The notes below the pieces were generated by a model. It did not search any database. It was given only the letters and a program-made list of their open reading frames with translations, and was not told the DNA's origin. Position numbers and translations under genes: made by a program. A stretch of DNA of 64,000 bases from Monocercomonoides exilis PA203 (Eukaryota > Protista > Preaxostyla): assembly GCA_001643675.2 (NCBI GenBank), contig LSRY02000046.1, positions 124,001 to 188,000 of the forward strand. The letters run 5' to 3'. This document shows, one piece after another, positions 25,230-39,019 of this stretch (the first letter of the stretch is position 1; every line of letters begins with the position of its first letter).

Positions 25230-28200
25230 TTAATAGGGGACACCATTAAAACAATTTTGAGATTCATTAAAAGAAGAAGAGTCAAGAAGAAGCTCAAATC
25301 TCCTTGAAAGAAGATCTTGAGAAGATTGAGAAAGAAGAGAAGAGTTTGATGATGTGTTACCAGAGTTGAAGGTCTTTCTTGAACGTTGCACTTTTTCTTT
25401 CATTGTCGAAGATTCGATGGCAACCAGAGAGCGTTGAGGAAGATATCCAACAGCAGATGCGCAGACAAATGAGCCCTTGCGCTCAAAATACAAGTAGTCT
25501 TTCATGTGGGGAACTGACAATGATGGCCATGAGATTTGTTGAGATGGTACATATTCTTCAAAGTATCTCTCATGCACAGAGTCATTGATAGATGTTGAAG
25601 ATGGGGAAGAGTTTGATGATGATGTTGAGAAAATGTTTGATTGAGAAGTTGAAGAAGCTGATGTCGAAGTGTTCATATTGTTTTCGAAGAAGCTGATCAA
25701 GTCATGAAGTGTGGTGATGTGTTCTGTCGAAAGATTGTTGTCAATTGCATTAACTAACGCACCAAATTCACTATCACATATATTTTTTCCATGGTGCTCA
25801 GCGAAGAAATTAAGTTGTGTGTTTTTCTTTTTAAGAAGTTTTGATTGTTTTGAAAGGATGAAGTGAAGAAGGAAGCGATTTCGGTTGTGTGGACCCGAAT
25901 CGCAGAAGAACTTAAAGGTGTGAGTGTCTGAGAAGAAGTGTCTTTTGATCACAGATTCCAGACACTCAATAACAAATCTGTGATCATTTGAGAGGCAGTC
26001 GGAGAAGAAGTTGAAAGTTCGTTTTATTTTTTGGTTATTAATTTTTTGAAGAGAGATGATTGTGAATTGAGAAACCTGTTGATAATTAAAGAATTCTTGT
26101 TGAAGTTGATTTTTTCTGATGGGGAGTTTCCACTTCTCTTTGAAGTCGAAGACGAAGACTGCTTCTCCCTCTTTCAGATTATCAACAGTTGATTGATAAT
26201 GTTTTCGTTGCATTTCTGCAACAAGACGATGTTGTCGAAGAAGTTTAAGAGTCTGAAATTCTGCAGGAGATAGTCCATTTTTGTTTTGTGAAGATTTTAG
26301 TTTGTTCTCCAAATAGCTTAACTTCTCACACATTCCACAAAGATCAGTACGCCTTTTCGCTTTGGAGAAGTTGGTAGTGAGTTTATAAAAGTGAGACAGA
26401 GAAACTTTGATGTTTGTTTCTTCTGTAAACTCTTTCCATAATTTCGTCTTGGGCTTGAAGATTAATCTCTTTTCGTTGGGAGAAAAGATGCCCGTTTTCT
26501 TTCGTTTTTCTTTCAGTGCTTCCAATCCATAACTTGTTGAAATTGACGAAGAGAGTGGAGGAATGGAAGTTGTTCGATGAGGTGGTGTGATGAATGCAGA
26601 TGACGTAGCAGTTGTTGTTGTTGACGATGATGATGAGTTATTTGAAGTGTTATTATTTGATGTTTCTGAAGAAGATGATGAACCACCAAATTGAATAGTA
26701 GATAGTGTTGGTTTTGTTTTTTCCTTGATATAGAATGAAAGTGAAGGAACGTAGCCTTGAACATAAAGATCTTTCCATGATGAATTCCAGTTTTCTTTGT
26801 CCAATTCGGAGACATCAAAATCGTTGCAAATATTCCACAATGCCTCACTTCCTGCCTTCCTTCTCACAACTGCGATGTAATGTCCGTTTTGTTGATCCAA
26901 ACGCTTAAATAGTATTTGTCCAACAAGATGGTAAATGATAGTTTCTTGATTATCCTTTTGAAGATGTTGAATATATTCTGTAGAAAACCCTTTACAAAAT
27001 GTGCGCTGGTTTACTCGATCAGTTTCAATCAGAAGCGTTCTAGAAGGTGCAGAACTAGCAGAATCAGTGCATTCATGACAGAGGGCTAGCACCTCTGGAA
27101 ATGCAGCCATTTCCTCCCATCTAACAGCACAGCATTTTTCGTTGCATTTATTGCAATAAACACAATTCTTTCCTTCCAAAACTTCAGTTGCAAAGAGAGA
27201 AGATAGTCCATTATGAGTCGAGGAAGAATTGATAACGACATTGTTACATATTTCATTGAAGTTTGATGTGATTTGTTGGCATTTTTGGCATTTGAGATGA
27301 GTTATGATAACTGGATTGAAGGAATCCTTGCTTATCAACTCATCTTTTTGAAGAAGTCGGTGAAGATTTTCAAACGCCTCAGTAACATTTTGTTGCTGTC
27401 TGCTGCCATAGTTGCAGAAATCTTCCCATTTGTCAATAAGAGATGAGACCCATGAACGCACTGACGTTCCATCTTTAGCCAATTGATGACAAACACTTTC
27501 AACACGCGAAGATGTGTTCTTCAACGATGTTTGTTTTTTGAAAAAAGATGGTTTTTGAATAGTTATTGAAGAGAAACATTGAAGAAGAGAAGCCAAATAG
27601 CATGTGTTGCCTAAGTTTGGCAATCCTTTTGCTATTTGTGATGATTTATTTGAAGAATTTAATGAATTTGAGACAGATTGTGAATGAGAATGATTTTTTG
27701 TTGAATTTTCTTTAGCATTCTTTTTTGAAATATTCTTTGAAGAATTATTTTGAATAGATATTTCATTATTTGAAGGTTGAATGCTTTGTTGTTGAACGGT
27801 TGAAGTGTTATTCTCTTTCGAAAATGAAGAAAAGAGAGTTTGAAATGCTTGAGGTGGAATTAATGTGGGTGAAGTGGCATATTCAACTAATTGCTCATTC
27901 ACAAACACATCATTGTTGAAAAAGGAAGTTGAAGTTTCTTCAATAGGAGAAGAATTTTTATTTTCTTTTTGTTTCTTTTTGAAAGATGAAAAAGATGAGG
28001 AAGATGAGGAAGATGAGGAAGATGAGGAAGATGAGGAAGAAGAGGAAGATGAGGAAGATGAGGAAGATGAGGAAGATGAGGAAGATGAGGAAGATGAGGA
28101 AGATGAGGAAGATGAGGAAGATGAGGAAGATGAGGAAGATGAGGAAGATGAGGAAGATGAGGAAGATGAGGAAGATGAGGAAGATGAGGAAGATGAGGAA

Positions 28201-29671
28201 GATGAGGAAGATGAGGAAGAAGAGGAAAAAGAGGAAGATGAGGAAGATGAGGAAGATGAGGAAGATGAGGAAGATGAGGAAGATGAGGAAGATGAGGAAG
28301 ATGAGGAAGATGAGGAAGATGAGGAAGATGAGGAAGATGAGGAAGATGAGGAAGATGAGGAAGAAGAGGAAGATGAGGAAGATGAGGAAGATGAGGAAGA
28401 TGAGGAAGATGAGGAAGATGAGGAAGATGAGGAAGATGAGGAAGATGAGGAAGATGAGGAAGATGAGGAAGATGAGGAAGATGAGGAAGATGAGGAAGAT
28501 GAGGAAGATGAGGAAGATGAGGAAGATGAGGAAGATGAGGAAGATGAGGAAGATGAGGAAGATGAGGAAGATGAGGAAGAAGAGGAAGAAGAGGAAGAAG
28601 AGGAAAAAGAGGAAGAAGAGGAAGAAGAGGAAGAAGAGGAAGAAGAGGAAGAAGAGGAAGAAGAGGAAGAAGAGGAAAAAGAGGAAGATGAGGAAGTGGA
28701 TGAGGATTGTTTTGTTTTGAAAATTTTGTGAATTGGAATAGGTGAAGGAGACGAGTGACGTTTTTGATGTGATTTATTTGTTTTTCTTTTTGTTGAACCC
28801 CTTTCTCTTCTAATTGGAGTGCTGATTGGTGCATCAATAGATTGAGAAGGTGAAGAATTTGTTGATGAAGAATAATTTTCTGAAATGGTTTTTGAATTTT
28901 TATTTCGTTGAGAAGATGTTGAAGAAGAAGAAGATTGTTTTTTATTTGAAGAAGAGTTTTCTGTGATTATTTCTTCTTCCCAAGCTGCTTCATCAATAAA
29001 TCTTGCATAATCCGGTTCTGCTCGCTGCTTTTTCTTTGCTGACTGAAGCGAAGTTGAGGCTTCAGTTGAATGGGCCAACATCCAGTTGTTGCCCTTTTCC
29101 CAATCCTGTTCATTTAAACCTTAATAAACAGAGAGAATTATTCAAAAAAAAAATTTAAATTATTACAAACCACTTTTGCAAGACGGAAGGTGAGGTTTCT
29201 GAGGCTGAATGATAAAACCTTGGTTCTTTTTGAGTGTTTGCTTCGCGTAAATAAATTTGCCTTCTGTCACATCATATCCATAGTCTTGTAAATCGGACAA
29301 TGATGTGTTGCGGGAAAGCGCTTGCAGCATTGTTGCCTGAGTGTGCAACGGAGCGTTGTTGTACACCACAGGCAGGTCTTCCAGCAGCTTTATGTGATAT
29401 TCTGTTTTAAAAAAATAAATAATTAACAAATCAAAAAGAAAAAAAATAACAGAGAGTGAAAATAATATTTTTTTTACACAATACAAAAAAGTAAAAAAAT
29501 CAAACCATTCAAAGACTTCAGTAAATCATTAATTACTGAAGATGATTGCCTGTAGTTGTAAAAGAGATAGACGAGCAATGAATTAACGTCATCTCCACCA
29601 ATTCGTTTTATTTCGTTCCAAATAACTTTGCATCGAGAATTAAGAGTTGATTGAGGTTTTGAAAAAGACAT
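25230..29671 (-). CDS. Sola-type DDD transposase containing a ubiquitin-specific protease (C19) domain (~1428 aa)
   Basis: Exons 29671-29506, 29401-29171 and 29119-25230 (GTTTG donors) are in frame. USP motifs: GLPNLGNTCYLASLLQCF, GHYIA, WNICNDFDV. Transposase motifs: TDLCGMCE, FDFKEK, FFCDSGPHNRN, FFAEHHGKNICDSEFG. Confidence 0.85.
27985..28700. repeat. (GAGGAAGAT)n 9-bp minisatellite encoding the transposase poly-Ser tract
   Basis: About 700 bp of GAGGAAGAT/GAGGAAGAA units, in frame on the minus strand. Confidence 0.95.
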
Positions 29672-30522
29672 TTTTATTTAGAAAGTATTTTAATAATGGT
29701 TTGGTGATATAAGAGATTCATAAGCTGTTGTTTGAATTTATAATACTTATTTTTTAATTTTTTTTTATGTTTTTTTGGCTTTGTGTTTATATAAAGAAAA
29801 ATTGACAAATTAAATATTCAAAGAGCTTCCAAAAATGAATTTTTATTATTCAAAATTATCCTTCTGAAAATTTACAAAAGTTCTAAACTGACATGAATTT
29901 TATCTCCTTTTCCACATTATCAGGAAAACAATACACTTCAAACAATAAAATAATAATTCTTAAAAAAAAAATGATAGAAAATATTTAATATAAAAAATTT
30001 GCATCTCTATCACAATTTAAATATTATTTCAAATAAATAATATATGTATGAATATAAAATGTCACAACAAAAGTTATAATCGAAATTTTAAAAGTAGTAA
30101 CATAAAAATTAATGATAAATTTTTTCAAAAAGTTCTTTTTTCAATGGTGTCAAATTATGAACAACGAAAATTTATATCATCCATTGAAATCAAAAAATTA
30201 ATAATATTTATAAAAAATGTTTGATATAATACTCATTTTGAAAATTGTTCAATTTGATCTTTTCGATCAATCAAAAATTTTTATTACTTGGAAATTTGCA
30301 GAAATCGTTTTAATGCTTATTAATCACTTCTTTATAACATATTTACCATTATCAATCAAAAAATAATCATTTCTGCAAATTGCAGATCAACGAAAAATTC
30401 GAAATTTGAAATGGGTTTATGGAAAGAAAAATAAAATTTGATTATCTAATGTAAAACTTCTTTTTTTGAGGAAATTGATTTATGCATTGCTCAATTATTA
30501 ATTTAACTTCTCTTCTGCTGTA

Positions 30523-33464
30523 GGATTCTTCAAAAGACACACACAATTCACTTCTCTTCCATTAGACATAAATGATGCTGTTCTCTCCTTCGCAGCTTCT
30601 CGTTTGAAGCAACAGAAGGCAAATGAGGCAGTGTTTTCATTGACTGCTCAGCGGGAACACATGACTTTGCGCTGAATGATGTTTCATTCACAGATTGCTC
30701 TGCTTTCATTGGGACGAATCTGTTTGTTTTGTTGTCTAGGCTAAACGGGACGATTACTTCGGAACACTTGAATTATGACTTGACGGAATTTATGAGCCAA
30801 AGAAACGCTTTGGTTGGCAGCGACACGGAACTTACAGAGAAAAGCCTGCTTTTGTTCATTGTGCTGAGGAAAGAGACTTCTGTTTTTGTTTCTTCTTCTT
30901 CTTCTTCTGCAGCGGATATAATTGGCTGTGTAGGCAAAGACGGTCCGTGCTATTCATTCTGGCAGGGCATGCAGAACACTGACATGACTTCTGACTCCAC
31001 AATACAAGTATCTATCATTGGCAGTGCAGAAATCGAAGACTCGTTTGACTTGTCGCTCTGCTCCGTGGCTTCCAGTGACGCCAGCGCCAAATGCACTCTT
31101 TCGTTCAAAGCTGAATTTTCTGGTGATTCACACACAAATGTGCTGACAACCACAAATTCCTTGTCATTTGCAAGGATTATTTTGTCGCTTCCTTCGTCTT
31201 TCACAACAGAAGAAGCAGTTCTTGTTGCTTCATCAACAGAAGATGCTGTGCTTTCCTTCGGAGATTGCGAATTTTCCCTTTAAAATTCCGATTCCATCAC
31301 TTTTTCGCTGGTTTTAGTGGATGCCGGCAAGTTCGAAATCAACAATTGCTATCTGACTCTTGCTTCATTTGAATCTCAGCCGTTTCTGTTCAGTCAGTCA
31401 GCTGAAATTACACTAAACTCATTTATTGTATCGAGTGTGACGTTGAGTGCTGAACCGCTATTTAGCTTAACATCTGCTTCAACAACTACAACTTCTTCTT
31501 CTTTATCTTTACCTTTATCTTCTTCTATTTCGAAGTCAATTTCTTATTCAAACGCAGTTACACCATCATTCACTCTCGAATCATGCAGCTTCTCTGATGT
31601 TAGCGCTGTTGGTATTAACAAGGAAGCGCTTTTATCTTCTACCTCTTCTTCTTCTTCTTCTCCTTCTCACCCTCTTCTTCTACCTCTCCCTCTCCCTCTT
31701 CCTCTTCCTCGTCCTTCTTCTCCAGCAACAATCACTTCATCTGCTCGCTCACTCAGCCCAATGATAACACCTCCGACTTCACCTCACTCTCATCCTTTTT
31801 CTGCTGCTTATCCACAATCTTCTTCTTCTCCTTCTTCTTCTCCTTCTTCTGCTGCTGCTCCTTCTTCTTTCTCTTCTTCCTCTTCTTCCTCTTCTTCCTC
31901 TTCTTCCTCTTCTTCCTCTTCTTCCTCTTCTTCCTCTTCTTCCTCTTCTTCCTCTTCTTCCTCTTCTTCCTCTTCTTCCTCTTCTTCCTCTTTTTCCTCT
32001 TCTTCCTCTTCTTCCTCTTCCTCTTCCTCTTCCTCTTCCTCTTCCTCTTCCTCTTCCTCTTCCTCTTCTTCCTCTTCAATTTCTCCTTCTTCTTCTACTT
32101 TTTCTTCTCGTTTTTCTTCAATTTCAACATCTCGTTCAACATCTTCTGATTCTTCTCGTGTTTTATCGTCTTCTCCTTTTTTTTCATCGTCCAACAACAA
32201 AACTCAGTTTGCCAGCAGGAAAATGGTATTCCCAACAAAACAAGTTTTATCTGCAACTTCTTCAAACACATCAATTGAAAACAAATCTAATTCTTCTTCT
32301 TCTCCTCCTCCTTTCTACTCCTCCTCCTCCTCTTCTTCTTCTTTCAATTCTTCTTTTAATTCTTCTTCATCTGTTCCTGACAACACATTGATTGTTGATA
32401 TCCCATTTCGTTCTGTTGCTTCTCCTTCCAATCCATTCTATGTGAAGTTCCATCAACAAAGAAGAACAATCATCCTTGCTCATTTTTTGGACACTTCTTC
32501 ACAAAAATTCCAGGCAAATGACTCAAAAACAGAAGGAAAATCTGTTTTGAGTGGGATTTCGTTGCAATCACTGCAAAAACAGCAGCAGCAGCAACAGTCA
32601 CAAGAGAAAATAGAAGCCAAAGTGTCAGTTTTATCAACACCCTCTTCTTCCTCTTCCTCTTCCTCTTCCTCTTCCTCTTCTTCATCCTCCTCCTCTTCCT
32701 CCTCCAACAAGTCAATGAACCATAAAGTCCCCGGTTTTATCACTTCTTCTTCCCTGTCAAATGAGCATCTTCCTCTGTTTAACCGAAGAAATTGGCTAGT
32801 CTTCCTCTTTTCTGAGAGCAAAGGCTGCATCAAAGCTAAACTTCTGCCGATTTTTCAACGAGGAAACAAAAAGGATGAAAGAATCGCAAAAAACTATTTT
32901 TTTTCATTCAAAGCAGAAGAAAAGCAGATGACTCTGCAAGATGGCTTGTTTTACTCAATTGGAAGAGAAAATGCATTGAATTCTCAACAAACAAAGGAAA
33001 AATCATCTTCGTCATCAATTTCATCTCTTTCATCCCAATCAACTCAATCGTCTCAATCATCTTCCTTTTCTCAATCAGATTCAAAAGATTTCAGCACATT
33101 CTCTTCATCTGAACAGTACTCTCTTGCTGAATCATCCACATTTTGTGTCGCAATGTTCTGGTTTGCATCGCTCATTTCGCCTTTTCTTCCGAATTCTCCG
33201 TTTTTCCGCCTTCTTCCCAATTCCTGTGCAATCTATTTGTGTTCGGCCTTTTTTGACACATCTTCTCAATGGATGTCAAAAAGAATCGTCAAATTGCTCT
33301 CTTCTGCTGCTGATTCTTTTGTCACTTGTGGCAATAATTGTAATGTGATAAATGTATCAAAAGATCCTATTCAATCATCATTATTAGTGTCATCATCATC
33401 ATCATTAGCATCTTCTTCTTCTTCCTCCTCTTCATCTTCTTCTTCCTCTTCATCAAACAACTAA
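30523..33464 (+). pseudogene. Fragment of a surface-protein-like gene fused to Ser-rich pieces
   Basis: DIIGCVGKDGPCYSF and repeated SFTDCS/FGDCEF/LESCSFSDV motifs suggest a beta-helix-like repeat. Frameshift near 30660 and stop at 31281; low-complexity chimeric sequence follows. Confidence 0.45.
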
Positions 33465-34081
33465 ACTCTTCCCATCATTTCACAATCATAATCACTTTCC
33501 TCTTCTCTTTCCTCTTCTCTTTCATTTTCTCCTTCCTCCTCATCTTCTCCTTCTCTTCCTCTGTGTCGTGTTCCTGATCCACAATGTCTTCTCAACTCCC
33601 CCTTTTCCTTCCGCCTTCCAATGGCCCTCCACTTCTCCTTCGATTGTGCTGCTTCCACTCGAAGCGTCTCATTCAAAGGATACGTCATTTCTAACCCAAA
33701 CGAAGACAAATCATCATCATCATCTTCTTCTTCGTCTTCGTCTTCGTCTTCGTCTTCGTCTGCTTCTTCACTTTTACCAAGCTCTCCTCGTTCTCCTTCT
33801 TCTTCTTCTGCTGAGTCCTCTGCAACAAAACACAAATCTCGCTCGCCTTCTTCTTCCTCTTTTTTGTCAGACACACCTCCCTCTCGCCATTCATCCTCCT
33901 CCTCCTCCTCTTCTTCTTCTCTATTCAGTTCATTGTCTCCAACTCCTTCTCTTTCCAGAACACATTCGCCATCTCATACCAATTCACGCTCACACACACA
34001 CAAACAAGCTCGCCTGCTCGTTCAAACACACACTCAGCTTTCTCTGACCAGAAAAATGAAGGGAAAAGAAATTCTGAACAA

Positions 34082-37000
34082 ATGGCTGTTTCATTGAAGA
34101 TTTCAAGTTTGATACATGATGATGCTTTATCAAGCATTCATTCACAATCATCCTCACCTTTCAGTTCAAATTCGAAAGATATCAAAAGCGCACAAGAAAT
34201 AACCACCAAACATGAGCATTCGCCGAATAGCCAACAAAAATTGTTGCATTCTGAACATCCAGCAAAGCCAATAATTCCGAGCACAGAAGTCGTCGATGTT
34301 GAAAGTTTCCCAATCGATTCGACAGGTTTTTCAAACACACAAATGTTTCCACCGCCGTATAATCCCTTTGGCATGCCAAACATCAATAGCAGATCACTCC
34401 TGGGTGATTACATGCCTTATTCCTATAACAGCAACAACAACAACAATAATAATATCAACAATTATCAGTGGAAACCACATCTCTATTCCGATGCTTCTGA
34501 TCCATTGCAACTGAACAAAAGCAAACTCTATCAGCAAAGCCATTCACCAGCAAGTGCATCACATTCAACACACTCACACCCAACAAAAAGAGATGCCTGG
34601 TCGATTCGCCCTTCAGACAGTGCAACAGAAACAGAGCAGCATTCGCAGCTGAATGAAACTGATAATCCAACAGCTCCTTTTTCGTCAAGCTCTTTTCCTT
34701 CAAAAAACCTGCTGACTTCGCAGTATTCCCATCAAACTCCTGCTCAACCTTACGATGATTCTTCTTATGTTTATAAGAAACATCAGATAATGTTAACAAT
34801 CGAAGGAGGAGGAAGAAGGGATGAAGCAGGTGGAGATGACGGTTTTGGACGAGGATTTGAATTTGATTCCAGACAAAATGGAGAAAAATATGAAGTTATG
34901 CAAAATATGAAGCGAAAAGGTACACATTCGTCCAAATCGAAATCAGAACATCACAAAACAAGCAATCATAAACACCACAGACATCATTCAAAAGAAAAAA
35001 GGGAATCTCAAAAAACAGAAATTCATTTTGAAACAACGGAGCATGCCATTGAGACAAACAGCACAAAATACACTTCGCATCACTCACACCACTCACACCA
35101 CTCACATCATTCACACCACTCTCACCATTCACATCATTCACGCCATTCATATCAGTCACAAATGCGTTCTTCATCGACTGCCAAAATCAATGAGCCATAT
35201 TCACATCTACAGGTGCCTTTCCACCAAGTTGACGCTCCTGCTAAGCATCATGAAGAACCAATTTCACCCCAAAGAGGAAGTTCCTCTTTCGCCATTCGAA
35301 CCGACTCAGGCCATCATTCCCATTCACACCACGAGCCATTTCACAGCTCTTTTAATTCACAAATCACAAAATCGAGTGAAAGACCTGCAAATTTTGTCGC
35401 TTCAGTATATAAAGCAAAGCTAAATGGCTATAAATCTCGATCAAGAAGCCATTCTCGCAATGCACATTCATTTGATCATGCATTGTTAAATAAGCTTATC
35501 AAAGAACCTTTTTCTGCTTTATCACTTGAAAAAACAGAATTTCATTCATTTTCGTCTGTCGAAGTTAGTTCACGAAAACATTCTGTCCCTTCGCAATCTA
35601 ATCCTCACATTCAAAATTTTTCAATTCATCCGAAAGAAAACGAGACTTTATTCGAACACAGTTACCATCACATCAGCAGCGATAAACATCCAGTAAAGAA
35701 CACTCAAGAACTTGATCCAATACAAACAAGAAAAGAAACCCATTCTGAATATTCTGCTTCAAAAGATCTTAAGCATCGAAGTCAGAGGCACAATCATATG
35801 AAAAGAAGTCACAAAAGTCATACTTTTGTAGAAAGGAAAGACGATCATGCTACTCCGCTTCTGATGGCACCAGAGTTAGCAAGCGATGCCAACCTTCAGA
35901 AACAAAATCACCAAAATGTGGCTATTCGGAGATCGATGTCTGCCAATGATGAAAGTCAGAAACAATTGATACAGGAGCCAATTTATCAGGATCACGCTGA
36001 TTCTTATTCCTCGTTTTCAGCTTTGCCTCATGGTGTTGATCAGCAAGTTCCACTTTTTCATCCTCCTTTTCCTCCTCCTCCTCAACTTTCACTTCCAATT
36101 GCATCAAGCCAAAAATCTGCAATGATGAATGCTCCTTTTGTTAAGCCTGTTCGTAATTCAATGAATTTTCATGGTGTTTCTAGTGGTTTCATATCTCGTC
36201 ATTTGATACCTGAAAATTTTCTATTTATAAAGAGAGTGTCTCAAATGCGTCATCTTCATCCGTCTGGCAATCGAATTTCGAATAAAAAGATAAGTTCTGG
36301 CTATGATTCAATCTCAGATCCATTCAATTTGCAGCTTCCTCAAAAAAACAGTTACCTATGGAGGAATATCAAGTTAATGAACATCATCTTGATGATAGCA
36401 AAGCTGTTACGAACAGTGGTTTAAGTGAGACAAAAGAAATAAACGAGGAAAATAATCAGTTAACAAAAATTGAAACTCGAAAGGAAGGACATAACAAACA
36501 CGCAGCTCTTTCAGATAACAGGAAAAGAATGATAACAGAGCAAACAAATGAAAATACGAAAATGAAGACAGATGAGTTTTCTCAGGAGAATGAAGCGGCT
36601 TTGAATGATAATCTTTCTAATCGGAAACAATCAGAATCAGAGAAAGAATCGAAACTTTCAAATGATTCTTCTGTTTTGTCTGAAAGCATCCAGACTCAGA
36701 TAGGAAACAATACACAGCCTGCTGCAACATCAGCAGAAATACTTAGTGCACACATTCAAAGCCAAAGCTCGAACCAGCTTGCAAATGTTACCACTGCTCT
36801 GAACGATTCACTTGAAAAGCAAGCAAGTGCTTTAGAAACGCGTTTGAGTCAAACATTGAAGCCAGAGAGACGAATGCCTTCGCTTCTGAGTCTTTTGAAT
36901 GGCGGACGCAAAACACGCTCCTGGCAGAGGAACCTGAATGTTGAGGAGCAGCACTTCCTGTTTCTTCCACTGAATGAAAATCAACATTGGAGTTTGATAG

Positions 37001-38877
37001 TCATTTGTAATGCTAATGCTGTTGCTGAAGAGCAACGCAAATTGATGCAATTTAGAAGGAAGAAGTGGGAGTTGCATCATCAGGAAGAGAAAGAGAAAGC
37101 TGAGAAGAGAAGCGAAGAAGAAGCAGAAAGTACTGATAACGAATTTGAAAAAAATCTTAAGAGAATAAGTTATTCGCATAAATATCGCTCTTTTCCTGTT
37201 TTTGGCAATGAAAGAGAAAGTGGGGAGCTGAACATGAAGAGCATTCTCCATCAGCACCAGGCACCTGCGCCTCTCCTTCCGTTGAGGAGAAGGCGCTCTT
37301 TGCACGCTGCTTCCCACTCAACAAAGAGCTCAAACAGAAAGAATGAAAATGATAGAAGTGCTCAGCAATCTGTTTATCGGAATTTATTTAAACTGAGAAA
37401 TGCAGATAAGCCAAAGGCAATGCCAGAAAAATCACCACTTCTAGCTCCTCAAAAAGAGACAAAGAAAGTTAGACTGAAGACTTTTCTCGAATTTTATGCA
37501 GCTCAATTAGCAGATTATAACAAATTGGGCAACAAGCGAACGAGAATAAGGTATTCTCAAAGAGCATCAGCTGCTTCAGAAGGGAATAAGGATCATCAAG
37601 CAGATCCCTCTCATTTTTTGGACGCTGAATCAATTGCTAGCTCTGTGCCAATTATGATTGGTGATTTCCTGGATAACGTGCATCTTTTCCAGAATAAATT
37701 GGACGAGTATCATGGAGATATTATGAGTGTGAAGGGAGGAGCAGACAAATTTGAGGCAGAAAGCAAACAGTGGTTTGCTTTTAATAACAGATTAAATGCT
37801 ATACGCTCTCTCGACACGGAAAAAAAGGAAAGTGAAAAACAAAAGATGATTTCTGAATTAATAAGCAAAGAGCGAGAAAAGCTGAAAAAAGAGGAAGAAG
37901 AGGAATCTACCAATGAAGAAATCAAAAGCACTTCTCAAAAGAAAATTGACTCAAAGCAGTCGAATTCGAATGCGGAACAATCGAAACGGTTGCAGCAAGG
38001 TGATAAGGATGAATCCAATTTCTTGAAAACTGAACCGGAATCTGAAACTTCAGGAAAACAAGGGCAATCTCAATTTTCAGAAGATGGAAAAAATGAACAA
38101 CAAGAAGATTTCATGAAAGAAGCGGAAAATTCCATTCAGAATGATTTCACAAGCTCCAATACTGAGACTTTGAACACCAAAAATGAGGGAACTTCAAAAG
38201 AAGACAAACAATCGCAGCTTAATTCACAAACAGACTTGTCACATATTGCACCTTCTGATTCAATAAGCAGATTGGCTGGTGAACAGTCATCAGAGACAAG
38301 AAGCATATTATCCGAAGAGGAGGAGAAAATTGCAGAAGATGATGAAAGGAACAACAAGGAACTTCAATTGCACGAATTGCGTGCGTCAAGGGAAGGAGGT
38401 GGCCCGTCTCGTTCTCATTCAAAGAAAGGAAACCCGAAGCCCAACTCAAAAGTCGGATCCGAATTGCAATCAAAAACAAAGGCCAAAGCACAAGCCAAAG
38501 CACAAGCTGTCACTAAAGTTAACATTAAATCGAAGGCGAAAGCTAAACCAGAAATTGCTCTCAGCCCAGTTCGAAGGAAAACCTCATTGTTTTCTTTTCG
38601 TTCGTCTGAACCTGCGAAAACAGACTCAGTTTCTTCAGCCGCAAGAGCAGATCAGGATTCAGTAATTTCTTCTTCTACTTCTTCTTCTTCTTCTACTACT
38701 ACTTCCTCAGATTCTTCTTCTACCTCTTTGGTAACATCGAAAGCTACAAACAATTATATTCTCAGAAAAAGCTTGACTCCATCATATATTATTTCAACAG
38801 AGAAGAATTCGATTTTTTACGATGGGAAGAGAGAAAGTGCTGAGGGATCTTCACAAGCAAACGAGGCAGATTCGTAG
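34082..38877 (+). pseudogene. Partial Ulp2/SENP6-7-like (C48) SUMO protease gene
   Basis: RSWQRNLNVEEQHFLFLPLNENQHWSLIVICN (~36915-37010) matches the His-box region. Two ORFs overlap at an A-run (~36345). No QxNxxDCG Cys box seen downstream. Confidence 0.6.
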
Positions 38878-39019
38878 CAATTGCCATCTGAGCAAACAAA
38901 GACAACTTTGTCGGAGGACAAATCTGAACACTTGGTGAAGGAATTTGGAGTAGAACATAAAGCAAAGAGGAAGTACGATGAAACCACTCAGAAGTTGGCA
39001 TCTCTTTTGAACAAGTCGT

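Larger units (their letters stand above)
24147..30415 (-). mobile_element. Nested ~6.3-kb TIR element enclosing the USP-transposase gene
   Basis: CCCATTTCAAATTTC...TTGATCTGCAATTTGCAGAAATG...AACGATTTCTGCAAATTTCCA (24147-24290) is inverted relative to 30275-30415. Weak similarity may extend the ends to ~24069 and ~30492. No clean TSD. Confidence 0.75.

Noticed and set aside
27865-28837. Poly-Glu/Asp, poly-Lys/Arg and Leu-Pro-His ORFs
   Set aside because: Shadow frames of the poly-Ser minisatellite; the same applies to similar ORFs at 18.7-20.1, 31.8-32.2 and 40-49 kb.
24147-30415. piggyBac assignment from CCC...GGG ends
   Set aside because: No TTAA duplication, and the transposase motifs are not piggyBac-like.
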